Shown: in pieces, positions 52,149 through 61,245 of the stretch
How positions within the stretch are numbered: the stretch's first letter is position 1
How the letters are laid out: each line of letters starts with the position of its first letter
Assembly: GCA_964469905.1 (NCBI GenBank)
Contig: CAYXZW010000012.1
Location: 2,060 to 66,059, forward strand
Direction: 5' to 3'
Source: an uncultured Smithella sp.
GTDB lineage: Bacteria > Desulfobacterota > Syntrophia > Syntrophales > Smithellaceae
DNA length: 64,000 nucleotides
Program-made: the position numbers and the translations under genes
Notes under the pieces: model-generated
Seen by the model: the letters and a program-made list of their open reading frames with translations, nothing else
Told to the model about the DNA's origin: nothing
The model's database searches: none

Positions 52149-52991
52149 CTATCGCCTGCTCCCGGAAATGTAAGATTTTGATAAAACTTTTTTAACTGTA
52201 ACGGATGAAGATGGGAGCGTAAAACTATCGTTAGAAATAATGCGAAAAAAATTCATTATAATATTGAAAGTTGCACCCCAGAGGATTTCCTGCTCTCCCC
52301 GGTCATCGTTAAGTATAATACAGGGAAATTGATTATCATAGATAGGGTCGCCAAAAGGTGTCTCAATTTCCAGATGGGCATATTTGGAGCCGTCAAAAAA
52401 AATACTGACCGGGATTTCTAATATTTTTTCTACCTCTGAACTTAATCTGAATTTAAAAGGTTCAGGAGTAATACATACTAATGGGAAAATTGTCCGGGCA
52501 ATAAGAGATAGAGAATAACAGGGGAGGGCACCCAGGAATGAAATTTTGAAGGGGTTTAAGCCGATTTCTTCCCATGCCTCTCTGAGTGCATTACTTAAGA
52601 AAAGACGAATCAAAGTAATTGTGTCTTTGTCCTGATATAATGTGGAAGCCGCTATTTGTTGGTGTAATGAGGTAGAAAACCCTGTTGTTAAAACATTGCT
52701 GATAATTTTATCGGTTACCGGATGAAGCATGCCGCCCGGACAACTGATATCTCCGGCTTGAGATACGCTACTGGAGCGTTTAATAAGTTGAAAGACATAT
52801 TCATAATTACCAGGACTTATTTGCTTATAATTCAACAACAGGACAACACCGGCGGCTAGTTGACGAGTAGCAGACGTGGAAGAATCTATAATTTGCCGGT
52901 ACTTTTCTTTATAATCAATAACTGCTGAGGATAATTTATTGACGATAAAGGAGGGAAGTATGTCTTTCTGTCCGAAAATTGAGATATCCAT
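52149..52991 (-). CDS. NUDIX-like protein (CoA-pyrophosphatase-like) with interrupted Nudix box
   Basis: ISCPGG ... ALREAWEEIGL. The REx2EExGU half of the Nudix box is intact, but it sits 49 residues after PGG instead of about 13. Confidence 0.65.
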   Translation of the reverse strand: MDISIFGQKDILPSFIVNKLSSAVIDYKEKYRQIIDSSTSATRQLAAGVVLLLNYKQISPGNYEYVFQLIKRSSSVSQAGDISCPGGMLHPVTDKIISNVLTTGFSTSLHQQIAASTLYQDKDTITLIRLFLSNALREAWEEIGLNPFKISFLGALPCYSLSLIARTIFPLVCITPEPFKFRLSSEVEKILEIPVSIFFDGSKYAHLEIETPFGDPIYDNQFPCIILNDDRGEQEILWGATFNIIMNFFRIISNDSFTLPSSSVTVKKVLSKSYISGSRR

Positions 52992-53053
52992 TAAAATCCT
53001 GCAATTAAATAAATATAACTCTAGGGAAACGATTTGCCAAAGTACGCTGCTGA

Positions 53054-54046
53054 TTAAAAATTTTCTTTAATCATGGTGGCAATTTGTTCCTGATGCCAGC
53101 AGCTAAAAGGAAATAAGTCCAGAAATCCACAATGACCGCCGAATTTTTGCCGGGATATCTGAACATATTTATTTTCCTGCAACTGCTGAAAATCTTCCGG
53201 TGGAATCACCGGATCATCTTCGGCTATAAATATATTAACCGGTAAATTAAAATTTTGGAAGAACTCATTATCCAGTGTATATAAATTAAAATAATCGCGG
53301 TAGGAAGGAAAGTCAGGGAAATAAGGCATCATGGCTTCGGTCAGATCCATACAGGTTTTAGCTTGCAGCAGTCTGCCGAAATCATATTTGTGAGGGAAAA
53401 GACGCTGTTTGTTTAACAATGATCGCTTCCATTTCAGTAAAAAATATTTACGATAGAAGAACAGTCCATTGTCTATGGCCAGAGTTGTTTTATAAGGATC
53501 AAGCGGCGGGCTGATAGCGAATATTCGGTTTAATCCTTGTATGGGATTTTGAGAATGTTTCCGGCCAATCCGCAGAGCGAAATTTGCTCCTAAAGAAAAG
53601 CCGATAATATACACTGGTGAATTACCGGCTATTGCCGCCAGTTGGCTTATCGCTTCGAATGTTTCTTCAATCAGAGCACCATGAAAAAGATCTTCATTCA
53701 AATGATGGGAATCCCCATGATCCCGGAGATTCAAACGGCAAATGGAAAAGCCAAGGTTGTGAAAATAAATTGCTGCGTCCAGTATGTAAGCAGAGGAAGA
53801 GGAACCTTCCCATCCGTGCATTAAGATTATTAAACCCTTAGAATTGGCCTGAGGAGTTAAATAGGAGAGCAAACGGGATCCGCTTGATGTGGTAATTATT
53901 TTTTCCTGAGAATCAGCCAGCAGTTTATCTTTGCCTATGGTACGCAGGCGGGAGCTGGCAAGAATTGATTGCAGATGACGATTCCGGATAAATACGGAAG
54001 GTTTAAAATTAAAATCGGCTGGTTTTGTATTGTTCTTGATAATCAT
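53054..54046 (-). CDS. Alpha/beta hydrolase, YheT/ABHD1-3-like
   Basis: N-terminal F.PS.F.RNRHLQSI, HGWEGSS, nucleophile elbow GFSLGAN, C-terminal GGHCGF. Confidence 0.85.
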   Translation of the reverse strand: MIIKNNTKPADFNFKPSVFIRNRHLQSILASSRLRTIGKDKLLADSQEKIITTSSGSRLLSYLTPQANSKGLIILMHGWEGSSSSAYILDAAIYFHNLGFSICRLNLRDHGDSHHLNEDLFHGALIEETFEAISQLAAIAGNSPVYIIGFSLGANFALRIGRKHSQNPIQGLNRIFAISPPLDPYKTTLAIDNGLFFYRKYFLLKWKRSLLNKQRLFPHKYDFGRLLQAKTCMDLTEAMMPYFPDFPSYRDYFNLYTLDNEFFQNFNLPVNIFIAEDDPVIPPEDFQQLQENKYVQISRQKFGGHCGFLDLFPFSCWHQEQIATMIKENF

Positions 54047-54055
54047 CTATTTATA

Positions 54056-54088
54056 ATAAAAAAGGGCTTGAGTACATTCCCAAACCCT
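54056..54088 (-). terminator. Rho-independent terminator (minus strand) after tRNA-Met
   Basis: On the minus strand: AGGGTTTG / CAAGCCCT, an 8-bp stem with one G-U pair and a 10-nt loop, followed by TTTTTTATT. Confidence 0.7.
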
Positions 54089-54097
54089 GTGTGATTC

Positions 54098-54174
54098 TGG
54101 TGGCGGTGGCTGGATTCGAACCAGCTACACTACGGATATGAGCCGTATGCTCTAACCAGCTGAGCTACACCGCC
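54098..54174 (-). tRNA. tRNA with CAU anticodon (elongator Met, or Ile2 if lysidine-modified)
   Basis: Reverse complement folds as GGCGGTG/TA/GCTC/AGCTGGTTA/GAGC/A/TACGG/CTCATAT/CCGTA/GTGTA/GCTGG/TTCGAAT/CCAGC/CACCGCC/A/CCA. The G1-C72 pair and the absence of three G-C pairs at the anticodon stem base argue against an initiator. Confidence 0.9.
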
Positions 54175-54237
54175 TCTCTATGACAAAACAATTTATGAAC
54201 GACGCTCTATATAGAACCGCTTTAATTTTGTCAATAA

Positions 54238-55932
54238 CTATTGATTGACGGTATCCAATTTATAAACAACAATCACACTTTTATCTCTTATCGAAGAACC
54301 GACTGATAAAACTAAAGCCAGAACCAGTTCCGGCTTACCGTCGTTATCAATATCTTTGAAAATATAATCGGCTACATAACCATTAATTTTTTTCGTCCTC
54401 CAGTTTTCGGCCATACCTAAGCCATCCCATTCCAAATTATATATTTCGCTGGAGGTAAACATTTTCGCATTCTTTAGTAAACGACCGGACGAAGATGAAT
54501 TTTTAACAATAATCAGTTCTTTTTTCCCATCTTTATTGAAGTCATAGGTAAGAATACGTAAGTTAATAAATGCCCGCCTTATCATTTCATTTGATGTACT
54601 TGCTTTATCCGCACTTTCGATATAGTTGCTACTGCCGCCAAACTGTTCGTCACCTCTCCAGATGAGTATATCATTCTTAAAGCCGAAAGTTAAAATCTGG
54701 CTCATGGGTTTATCAGTTTTGTTTAAAATACATATTTGGTCCGATTCATCCAAAGTGAGAATCTTCTCATCACTGCCTCCTGTACCAAAATTATCAATGT
54801 TTAATCCGTAGATTGACAATCCTCTTGGTATTTTCATTTTTTGATCTTCAACGAATTTGCCGTTTCTCCAGACCAGTTCATAAATTTGTGTATCAAATAT
54901 TTGGCTAAAACCGTACTGCTGGCATAAAAGCAAGGGAATTCCTGAAGGTGTTTCCAAGACCCGTAAAAACCACTTTAAATCAGAAGCGGTTTTTTCATAT
55001 TTCCCGTCTTTAAATTCCAGAACGAAGGAATCAAGATTTGATCCATTAACAGATGTCACGAAAATTTGATTCGTCCCACTTTTCTTAATGTCCGCTACAT
55101 CAACCGATAAATATTTATTGTAAGGTTTTCCTTCAATCTTCTGCAGAAGGCGTAGTTCTTTCTCCTGTTTCTGGTAAATGTAAATATTATGATCATCAAT
55201 AGTCACTACTTCATTTTTACCATCACCGTTGACATCACCGATATCCATGCCCTTAAATTCAGTAGGAAATTGCTGGCTCATCCAGAAACCCTTGCGTTTA
55301 AAAGGATCATCCGGAGTGTTAATATAATCGGTATTGATTATGGAAGTAAGTGTTCCTCTTTTACCTGATTTCATTCCGGCGATTATCAGGGATTCCCGAG
55401 ATACGCCTGAAGAAACAGATGGTGTTGCAGGTGCCGATGGTGCAGTAACCGGAGAATCAGCACCCAGAATATGCTGCACAATTCTTTGTGAGAAATCGTT
55501 AACTTTGGGAATAACTTCATCCAGATTGGGAGATTGAGTAAAAAAGCCGACATCGGATTTGGCCGCTGCGATATCGACCAATTTGCCATCGACGCTTATA
55601 CTGTTGCCAATTTTAGTTATACTGCCCCAAACTACATAATCTGATTTAAATTTTTTGCCGATGCTGTAAACTTCGGCCAAAGATATTTCCTTAATCTTTA
55701 ATTTTTTCAATTCATCGGATACTACATCTTTAGCGGTCACTTCAATTTTATTGGAAGCTGCAATCCGTGTAGTAAGCATGTCCTGTATCCCCTGACGGAC
55801 ATACTCGATATTTTCCGAACTATTCAATGTGAAAGGTAATACAGTTATCACATATTTATCCTTTGCCCATAGCGTTCCCGCTGACATCATTATAATGATT
55901 AAATAAATCATATATTTAAAAATTAATTTCAT
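54238..55932 (-). CDS. Exported FG-GAP/VCBS-repeat protein with N-terminal CsgG/LpoB-like module
   Basis: Signal peptide MKLIFKYMIYLIIIMMSAGTLWA. VITVLPF..... resembles periplasmic activator/curli-type N-domains. FG-GAP Ca-loop repeats DVNGDGKNEV, DFNKDGKKEL and DIDNDGKPEL. Start set at ATG 55932, after GGAGAT. Confidence 0.8.
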   Translation of the reverse strand: MKLIFKYMIYLIIIMMSAGTLWAKDKYVITVLPFTLNSSENIEYVRQGIQDMLTTRIAASNKIEVTAKDVVSDELKKLKIKEISLAEVYSIGKKFKSDYVVWGSITKIGNSISVDGKLVDIAAAKSDVGFFTQSPNLDEVIPKVNDFSQRIVQHILGADSPVTAPSAPATPSVSSGVSRESLIIAGMKSGKRGTLTSIINTDYINTPDDPFKRKGFWMSQQFPTEFKGMDIGDVNGDGKNEVVTIDDHNIYIYQKQEKELRLLQKIEGKPYNKYLSVDVADIKKSGTNQIFVTSVNGSNLDSFVLEFKDGKYEKTASDLKWFLRVLETPSGIPLLLCQQYGFSQIFDTQIYELVWRNGKFVEDQKMKIPRGLSIYGLNIDNFGTGGSDEKILTLDESDQICILNKTDKPMSQILTFGFKNDILIWRGDEQFGGSSNYIESADKASTSNEMIRRAFINLRILTYDFNKDGKKELIIVKNSSSSGRLLKNAKMFTSSEIYNLEWDGLGMAENWRTKKINGYVADYIFKDIDNDGKPELVLALVLSVGSSIRDKSVIVVYKLDTVNQ

Positions 55933-56048
55933 TTTTATCTCCTTCGGTAAAGGTTCATGTACATTTAGAATACAGGGGACTTCTAACATTTAAAAAATGA
56001 TAATTCAAGGTTCATTTGTGTTGATATAATTTAATGGAGGGATGATTT

Positions 56049-57938
56049 CTAGTCAGTAGTAATTAAAGAAGTTACATCTTCCTGGAAATTGATCGTCAGG
56101 TGATAAGCACCTGATTTAAATTTTGATTGCACAGTAAACGGCAATTTTTCATAAACTTTAAGCATAGCTTTATTATCGCAAAGAACGTCGGCGGAAAAAC
56201 CCGTAATTCCCTGTTCACGGCCATACTTGACTAGCATATTAAGTATTAATGATGCTATTCCGCGGCCTACAAATTTTTCATCAACGACAAATGCGGTATC
56301 GGCCAGAGAATTGTCCTGGTGGCGGCTGTAACGGCCTTCGGCAATTATCTCCTCTCTTCCCGCTTCTTCGATAACACCGACGATGGACATGTTACGCCGG
56401 TAATCAACATTGACATATTCCTGCATTTTGGAATGGGGCATAGTTTTAATAGGGCTGAAATAACGGTAAAATACAGTATCATCGGAAAAGCGATAGAAAA
56501 GACGACGCATTGCTTCTTCATCGGAAGGTTTAATGGCGCGGAAAATAACTTTCTTTCCATCGGATAATTTATGCGTTGTGGTGATCTTCTCCGGATAAAA
56601 ATGACCGGAGTCCTTAAGGTAAATTTGATCGGCATATATAATTCTGGCTTCTCTGGCCATATGAACTAATTCAGCCCGGTCATCCGGATGGGCAATGTCA
56701 ATCAGAGATTGCGCTCTTTCCCGGACCGATTTGCCGAAAAACGATGCAATACCGTATTCAGTTACAATCAAATCCAGTGATTCCCTTGTGGTGAATTGGT
56801 TGGGGAAATTATCAACGGAGAGTAAAATATTGGATTCGTTTTTCAGATTGCGACTAGGCAAAGCAAAAATTGCTCTTCCTCCTCTGGAGCGTTCAGAACC
56901 GGTGAAGAGTTCCTGAATCTGCCCGGGGCCGGCCGTGACATTCCTTTTGCCGACATGGAGAGCAATATTTCCGGTAAGATCAATTTTTCGCGCTGGTAAA
57001 ATAACAACAAGTTTATCAATTAAACCCAATTTTAAATGATCAGCAATGAGATCGATACCCTGAAACTCAATAAGGGGATTATTGTGCAGCCACTGCATTA
57101 GTTCCGGAGTTCCCTGGGCATAAGCAGCCAGAGATTTACCCGGAAAAGATTTTTTCTTATTGTTGGTAACAGCACCGCATTTAATTAGATCCATTAAAAC
57201 ATCAGTGAATGTATAGGTATGAATTCCCAGATGGCGTTTATGCTGCAAATGCTTCCCTAGTGCTTCATAGATTGATCCGGTGAAAAAAGAAAGGCAACTG
57301 CCATCCTCAATAATTGATGAAATGTTGGCGGCAATTTTATCAATTACGGAGTCGACCGGCCAGCGGGGAAAGTACATCAATGGCTCTGTTGCTTTTATTA
57401 AATAATTGAAATCATTAACATGAACAAAAGTGTCGCCCATTGTCCGAGGTACATTTTCATTAATTTCACCAATAACGAGAAATGCCTTTTGCATGGCATG
57501 TTTGGCAATGTCCACAGCTAAGCCCAGACTGGCAAATCCGGCATCATCCGGTGGTGAGATCTGAACAAAAGCCACATCAACTTTAAGGGTGCCGGAAGCA
57601 ATAAGACGCGGAATGTTGGAAAACTGACAGGGAATCATGTCGACAAAACCCGCTGTGATCGCTTTGCTAGCCAGCCATCCGGAAAAGAAAGTTTTCAAAC
57701 GAAATTTCATTTTGTTCTGGGAAGTGCTCAAGGAAACGACATCACCCAGGCTGATAAGCTGGATTAATTCCAGATCACTTAAATTGGCCATTTGTGCGGA
57801 AAAAAGATGTTTTACAAGCGTGCGTGGTTCCGCAACCCCTGTTCCCAAAAAAATACTCATACCCGGTTCAATACCAGACATCGCCACAGAAGGAGCTACA
57901 ATTTTTTGTTTCCATGCAGGTTCAGGTATTTTATGCAT
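56049..57938 (-). CDS. Acetyl-CoA hydrolase/transferase-domain protein fused to a Pat-type GNAT acetyltransferase
   Basis: The N-terminal ~430 aa carry CoA-transferase family I blocks (IFLGTGVAEPRTL; FTGSERSRGGRAIFALPS). The C-terminal ~180 aa form a GNAT domain with FYRYFSPI...H......NVDYRRNMSIVGV and VGRGIAS. Confidence 0.85.
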   Translation of the reverse strand: MHKIPEPAWKQKIVAPSVAMSGIEPGMSIFLGTGVAEPRTLVKHLFSAQMANLSDLELIQLISLGDVVSLSTSQNKMKFRLKTFFSGWLASKAITAGFVDMIPCQFSNIPRLIASGTLKVDVAFVQISPPDDAGFASLGLAVDIAKHAMQKAFLVIGEINENVPRTMGDTFVHVNDFNYLIKATEPLMYFPRWPVDSVIDKIAANISSIIEDGSCLSFFTGSIYEALGKHLQHKRHLGIHTYTFTDVLMDLIKCGAVTNNKKKSFPGKSLAAYAQGTPELMQWLHNNPLIEFQGIDLIADHLKLGLIDKLVVILPARKIDLTGNIALHVGKRNVTAGPGQIQELFTGSERSRGGRAIFALPSRNLKNESNILLSVDNFPNQFTTRESLDLIVTEYGIASFFGKSVRERAQSLIDIAHPDDRAELVHMAREARIIYADQIYLKDSGHFYPEKITTTHKLSDGKKVIFRAIKPSDEEAMRRLFYRFSDDTVFYRYFSPIKTMPHSKMQEYVNVDYRRNMSIVGVIEEAGREEIIAEGRYSRHQDNSLADTAFVVDEKFVGRGIASLILNMLVKYGREQGITGFSADVLCDNKAMLKVYEKLPFTVQSKFKSGAYHLTINFQEDVTSLITTD

Positions 57939-57942
57939 AATA

Positions 57943-58602
57943 TTAAATATTTACCGGGATAACGTAAAATAATATAGACATAAGATGACAAAAGCTGCCG
58001 GTAAGAACAAATAAATGCCAGATAGCATGATTAAATGGTAGTTTTTTCCAGGCATAAAAGATTGTTCCTATGGTATAAGCAAGGCCGCCGGCGACAAGCC
58101 AGGCAATACCACCTGCGGGCAATGTTTCGTAAAGAGGCTTAATGGCAAGAATAATCAGCCAGCCCATTACAATATAGGCGATAGTGGAAACAATTTCGAA
58201 GCGGTTAATAAAAAAAGCCTTAAATATAATTCCGAGAACAGTTAATGACCAGACAACAGCAAAGATTGTCCAACCTAATGCCCCCTGGACAACGACAATC
58301 AAAAATGGAGTGTATGTTCCGGCAATTAATACATAAATGCAGGAATGGTCGATAATCCGAAAAATTTTTTTAATGTTTGCCCGTCGGAAGCTATGGTAAA
58401 GCGTTGATGCTGCGTAAAGTAATACAAGAGAGACACCAAAAACAGTACAGCTGACAATATGGCTGGCTTGCCCGTAAATACTGGACATAACTATTAATAA
58501 AACAAGTCCCGCAATACTTATCAGCAGACCTACTCCATGGGTTACGCTGTTGAAAATTTCATCCAGTAGACTATATTGAGCCATTTCTTGCGATTGATTC
58601 AT
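57943..58602 (-). CDS. Hemolysin III / PAQR-family 7-TM protein
   Basis: 219 aa, 7 TM segments. N.VTHG, S..YH..., DH..IY.LIAGTYTP and H..W.L are the PAQR metal-site motifs. Confidence 0.9.
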   Translation of the reverse strand: MNQSQEMAQYSLLDEIFNSVTHGVGLLISIAGLVLLIVMSSIYGQASHIVSCTVFGVSLVLLYAASTLYHSFRRANIKKIFRIIDHSCIYVLIAGTYTPFLIVVVQGALGWTIFAVVWSLTVLGIIFKAFFINRFEIVSTIAYIVMGWLIILAIKPLYETLPAGGIAWLVAGGLAYTIGTIFYAWKKLPFNHAIWHLFVLTGSFCHLMSILFYVIPVNI

Positions 58603-58792
58603 GTTTTATTATAACACATTTTGGAATAATAAGTTTAGTTATGTTTTTGCCTGCATAGTATAAGTTCATTATTAGCCGGCAGATTAATTCTTGACTCCAT
58701 GCCGGCTCTCGTAATAATAGCAACTTAATTGAATATAGATAATTCAGCCTGTCATTTAAGGATGAACATAAATTAACCTTAAGGAGACCAAT

Positions 58793-60094
58793 GTGATTTC
58801 AAGATATTCCCGGGAGAAAATGGTAGGCATCTGGAGTCCGGAAAACAGATACCAGAAATGGCTCGACGTTGAAGTGTTTGCGTGCGAAGCTATGGTTAAA
58901 CTGGGTAATGTTCCCGCCAGTGCTCTTAAAATAATAAAAGAAAAAGCGACCATTGATATTGCCCGCATCGATGAAATTGAAAAGATAACCAAACACGATG
59001 TCATTGCTTTTTTGACTTCAATCACAGAAAAAGTAGGAGAGGATGGGCGTTTTCTGCACTTGGGTATGACTTCATCAGATGTTCTGGATACATCCTATGC
59101 CGTTCAACTGAAAGAAGCTGCGGAAATTCTTCTTAACGATATCGATGAGCTTTTGGTTGTTTTAAAGAAAAAAGCCTACGAGCATAAAAATACTTTGATG
59201 ATCGGACGTTCACACGGCATTCATGCCGAACCGATCACTTTCGGCCTGAAGATGGCTCTGTGGTATCAGGAAATGCAGCGCAACCGTTTTCGCCTGCTTA
59301 ACGCTAAGGAATCGGTGTGCACTGGGAAAATATCAGGCGCTGTAGGGACTTTTTCTTTTATTGATCCTTCTGTCGAAGAATATGTTTGCAAAAAGCTTGG
59401 TTTAAAAGCAGCACCGGTTTCTTCACAAATAGTTCAACGTGACCGGCATGCGGAATTCTTTACAACTTTAGCCATCATTGCCTCATCAATTGACAAGTTT
59501 GCCCAGGAAATCAGACTGCTTCAGAGAACGGAAGTAAGGGAAGTCGAAGAATATTTTTCACCGGGTCAGAAAGGCTCTTCAGCCATGCCGCATAAACGCA
59601 ATCCTGTATTGTCAGAGAATTTATCAGGTTTGGCTCGTCTGGTGCGTTCCTATGCCGTCGCGGCGCTCGAAGATGTTGCCCTTTGGCACGAAAGAGACAT
59701 AAGCCATTCCTCTGTCGAAAGAGTCATTGGGCCGGATGCTACAGTCACGCTGGATTTTATGCTGGGACGGTTTACCGGTATGATGGATAAGCTCGTCGTG
59801 TATCCGGAAAGAATGTTTTATAACTTGAATATGACTCATGGAGTGATTTTCTCGCAGATGGTTTTATTGACCTTGATTGAAAAAGGGACGACTAGAGAAG
59901 ATGCTTATTCCATTGTTCAAGGCAACGCCATGAAGTCGTGGGAAGAGGGCGTGGAATTTAAAATCCTGCTGCAAAAAGATCCAGGAGTCGCTGAATATCT
60001 GAAAGAGGATGACTTGGCGTCGATTTTCAATGTTAATAATTTTTTAAAAAATTTAGATTTCATCTTTAATCGTGTATTCGGAGAAGGAAAGTAA
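58793..60094 (+). CDS. purB: Adenylosuccinate lyase
   Basis: RYSREKM..IWS, GMTSSDV.DT, and the signature SSAMPHKRNP. GTG start 6 nt after AAGGAG. Confidence 0.95.
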   Translation: MISRYSREKMVGIWSPENRYQKWLDVEVFACEAMVKLGNVPASALKIIKEKATIDIARIDEIEKITKHDVIAFLTSITEKVGEDGRFLHLGMTSSDVLDTSYAVQLKEAAEILLNDIDELLVVLKKKAYEHKNTLMIGRSHGIHAEPITFGLKMALWYQEMQRNRFRLLNAKESVCTGKISGAVGTFSFIDPSVEEYVCKKLGLKAAPVSSQIVQRDRHAEFFTTLAIIASSIDKFAQEIRLLQRTEVREVEEYFSPGQKGSSAMPHKRNPVLSENLSGLARLVRSYAVAALEDVALWHERDISHSSVERVIGPDATVTLDFMLGRFTGMMDKLVVYPERMFYNLNMTHGVIFSQMVLLTLIEKGTTREDAYSIVQGNAMKSWEEGVEFKILLQKDPGVAEYLKEDDLASIFNVNNFLKNLDFIFNRVFGEGK

Positions 60095-60497
60095 ATAAAT
60101 CAGGGTTTGGCGCGAGAAACAGTGCCGATTTATCTAATGTTTTATCCTCTGTCTTTTTGTCTATGGGCTATAATAGCGTGGACGGCCCTTAAAGCATGAG
60201 GAGGCTAATTCCTCTTGCCATTTCCTCTTTATTTAGGATATCTCCCCATATGTAAGATTCGACCCTTAATCATTAAGGGGAGTAATTGCCAACATCTTTG
60301 GCGCTACCGCCCACATTGTTTGCAGATAGGGTCATATCAAACAATGCGTTGTTATCAAATATCAACATATTTGCTCATGGCGCGTAATTTGCGGCGAACA
60401 AGTTAAAAACGAATGAAAAGAAGGAAGCAATTGGAAAAATTATTTTTTTCACAAATAATTCCTAAACCCTAAATAAATAGAATAAGGAGATTGTAAT

Positions 60498-60860
60498 TTG
60501 AAGAAAATATTATTAATAGCATTAAGTGCCGTTACACTGATTGTGGGAGCTACGCCCGTGGCAGCATACGAGGTCACCGTCAAAAATAATACAGCAAAAA
60601 AGTTAATCGTACAGGTAATTGGCGAGCATCTGTTTTGGCAAACCGAAGATTGTAGCATACAATTTAGCGCCGGACAAAAAACAGGAAGTTGTGCAACACC
60701 CACAGGTATTTGCATAGCAAAAGTATGGATAACGTGGGATTATGAAGGCGTGACAAAGACCTTGCAGTGTCTACCATACACACCGATACAATGCGCAAAT
60801 AAAACTTATATCATAAGATTTTGGAACCCGGGCGAATATAGTTGTGGCCAAGAACAATAA
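60498..60860 (+). CDS. Orphan small secreted protein, six cysteines
   Basis: TTG start 7 nt after AAGGAGA. Signal peptide MKKILLIALSAVTLIVGATPVAA/YE. The mature ~95 aa contain 6 Cys. No family recognised. Confidence 0.6.
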   Translation: MKKILLIALSAVTLIVGATPVAAYEVTVKNNTAKKLIVQVIGEHLFWQTEDCSIQFSAGQKTGSCATPTGICIAKVWITWDYEGVTKTLQCLPYTPIQCANKTYIIRFWNPGEYSCGQEQ

Positions 60861-60934
60861 TCTATTAAGCAGCAAACACGTATGCAAACATAAACTATTA
60901 ATGTATAGACACACCCGCAGCAAGAACAACGAGC

Positions 60935-60955
60935 GGGACCGTAACTAAGCGGCCC
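60935..60955 (+). repeat. Copy 6 of short intergenic motif (GGGACCGTAACTAAGCGGCCC)
   Basis: Can form a GGG(A)CCG / CGGCCC hairpin. Shares GGGACCGTAACT with copy 2. Confidence 0.3.
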
Positions 60956-61212
60956 GTACCTCCCGACACTTCAGCGACGTGTTGGGAAAGCTTTCTTGCG
61001 CTCGGCTCCCGTGCCTATGTCCAGATGGGTTTTAACCCAAACCCAATAAAGTTTCATTCCTCCTTTTCTGCACACCAGACCGGCCAACCCGCCCCTCAGC
61101 CATTGGCGCCACTTGGCAACATACCGCCGGAGTCTTGTGATCGAGGCTCCCTAATAAACTTCAATATTTTTGTTTCCGGTTGTAGAAGTTTACATAGCGC
61201 CCAATATTTGAT

Positions 61213-61242
61213 AAACAAGGCCGGATAAAACCGGCCTTGTTT
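61213..61242. terminator. Bidirectional terminator downstream of nadB
   Basis: 12-bp perfect stem AAACAAGGCCGG (61213-61224) / CCGGCCTTGTTT (61231-61242), ATAAAA loop, T-rich on both sides. Confidence 0.8.
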
Positions 61243-61245
61243 ATG

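Noticed and set aside
60971-61065. AAGGAGG + ATG 27-codon minus-strand ORF (MKLYWVWVKTHLD...) as an IS200-type tnpA remnant
   Set aside because: Only 1 nt separates the SD-like element from the ATG. The resemblance to the YHLVWVTKYR block is superficial, and no inverted repeats or hairpin ends of an IS are visible. Described only as an unassigned remnant-like frame.
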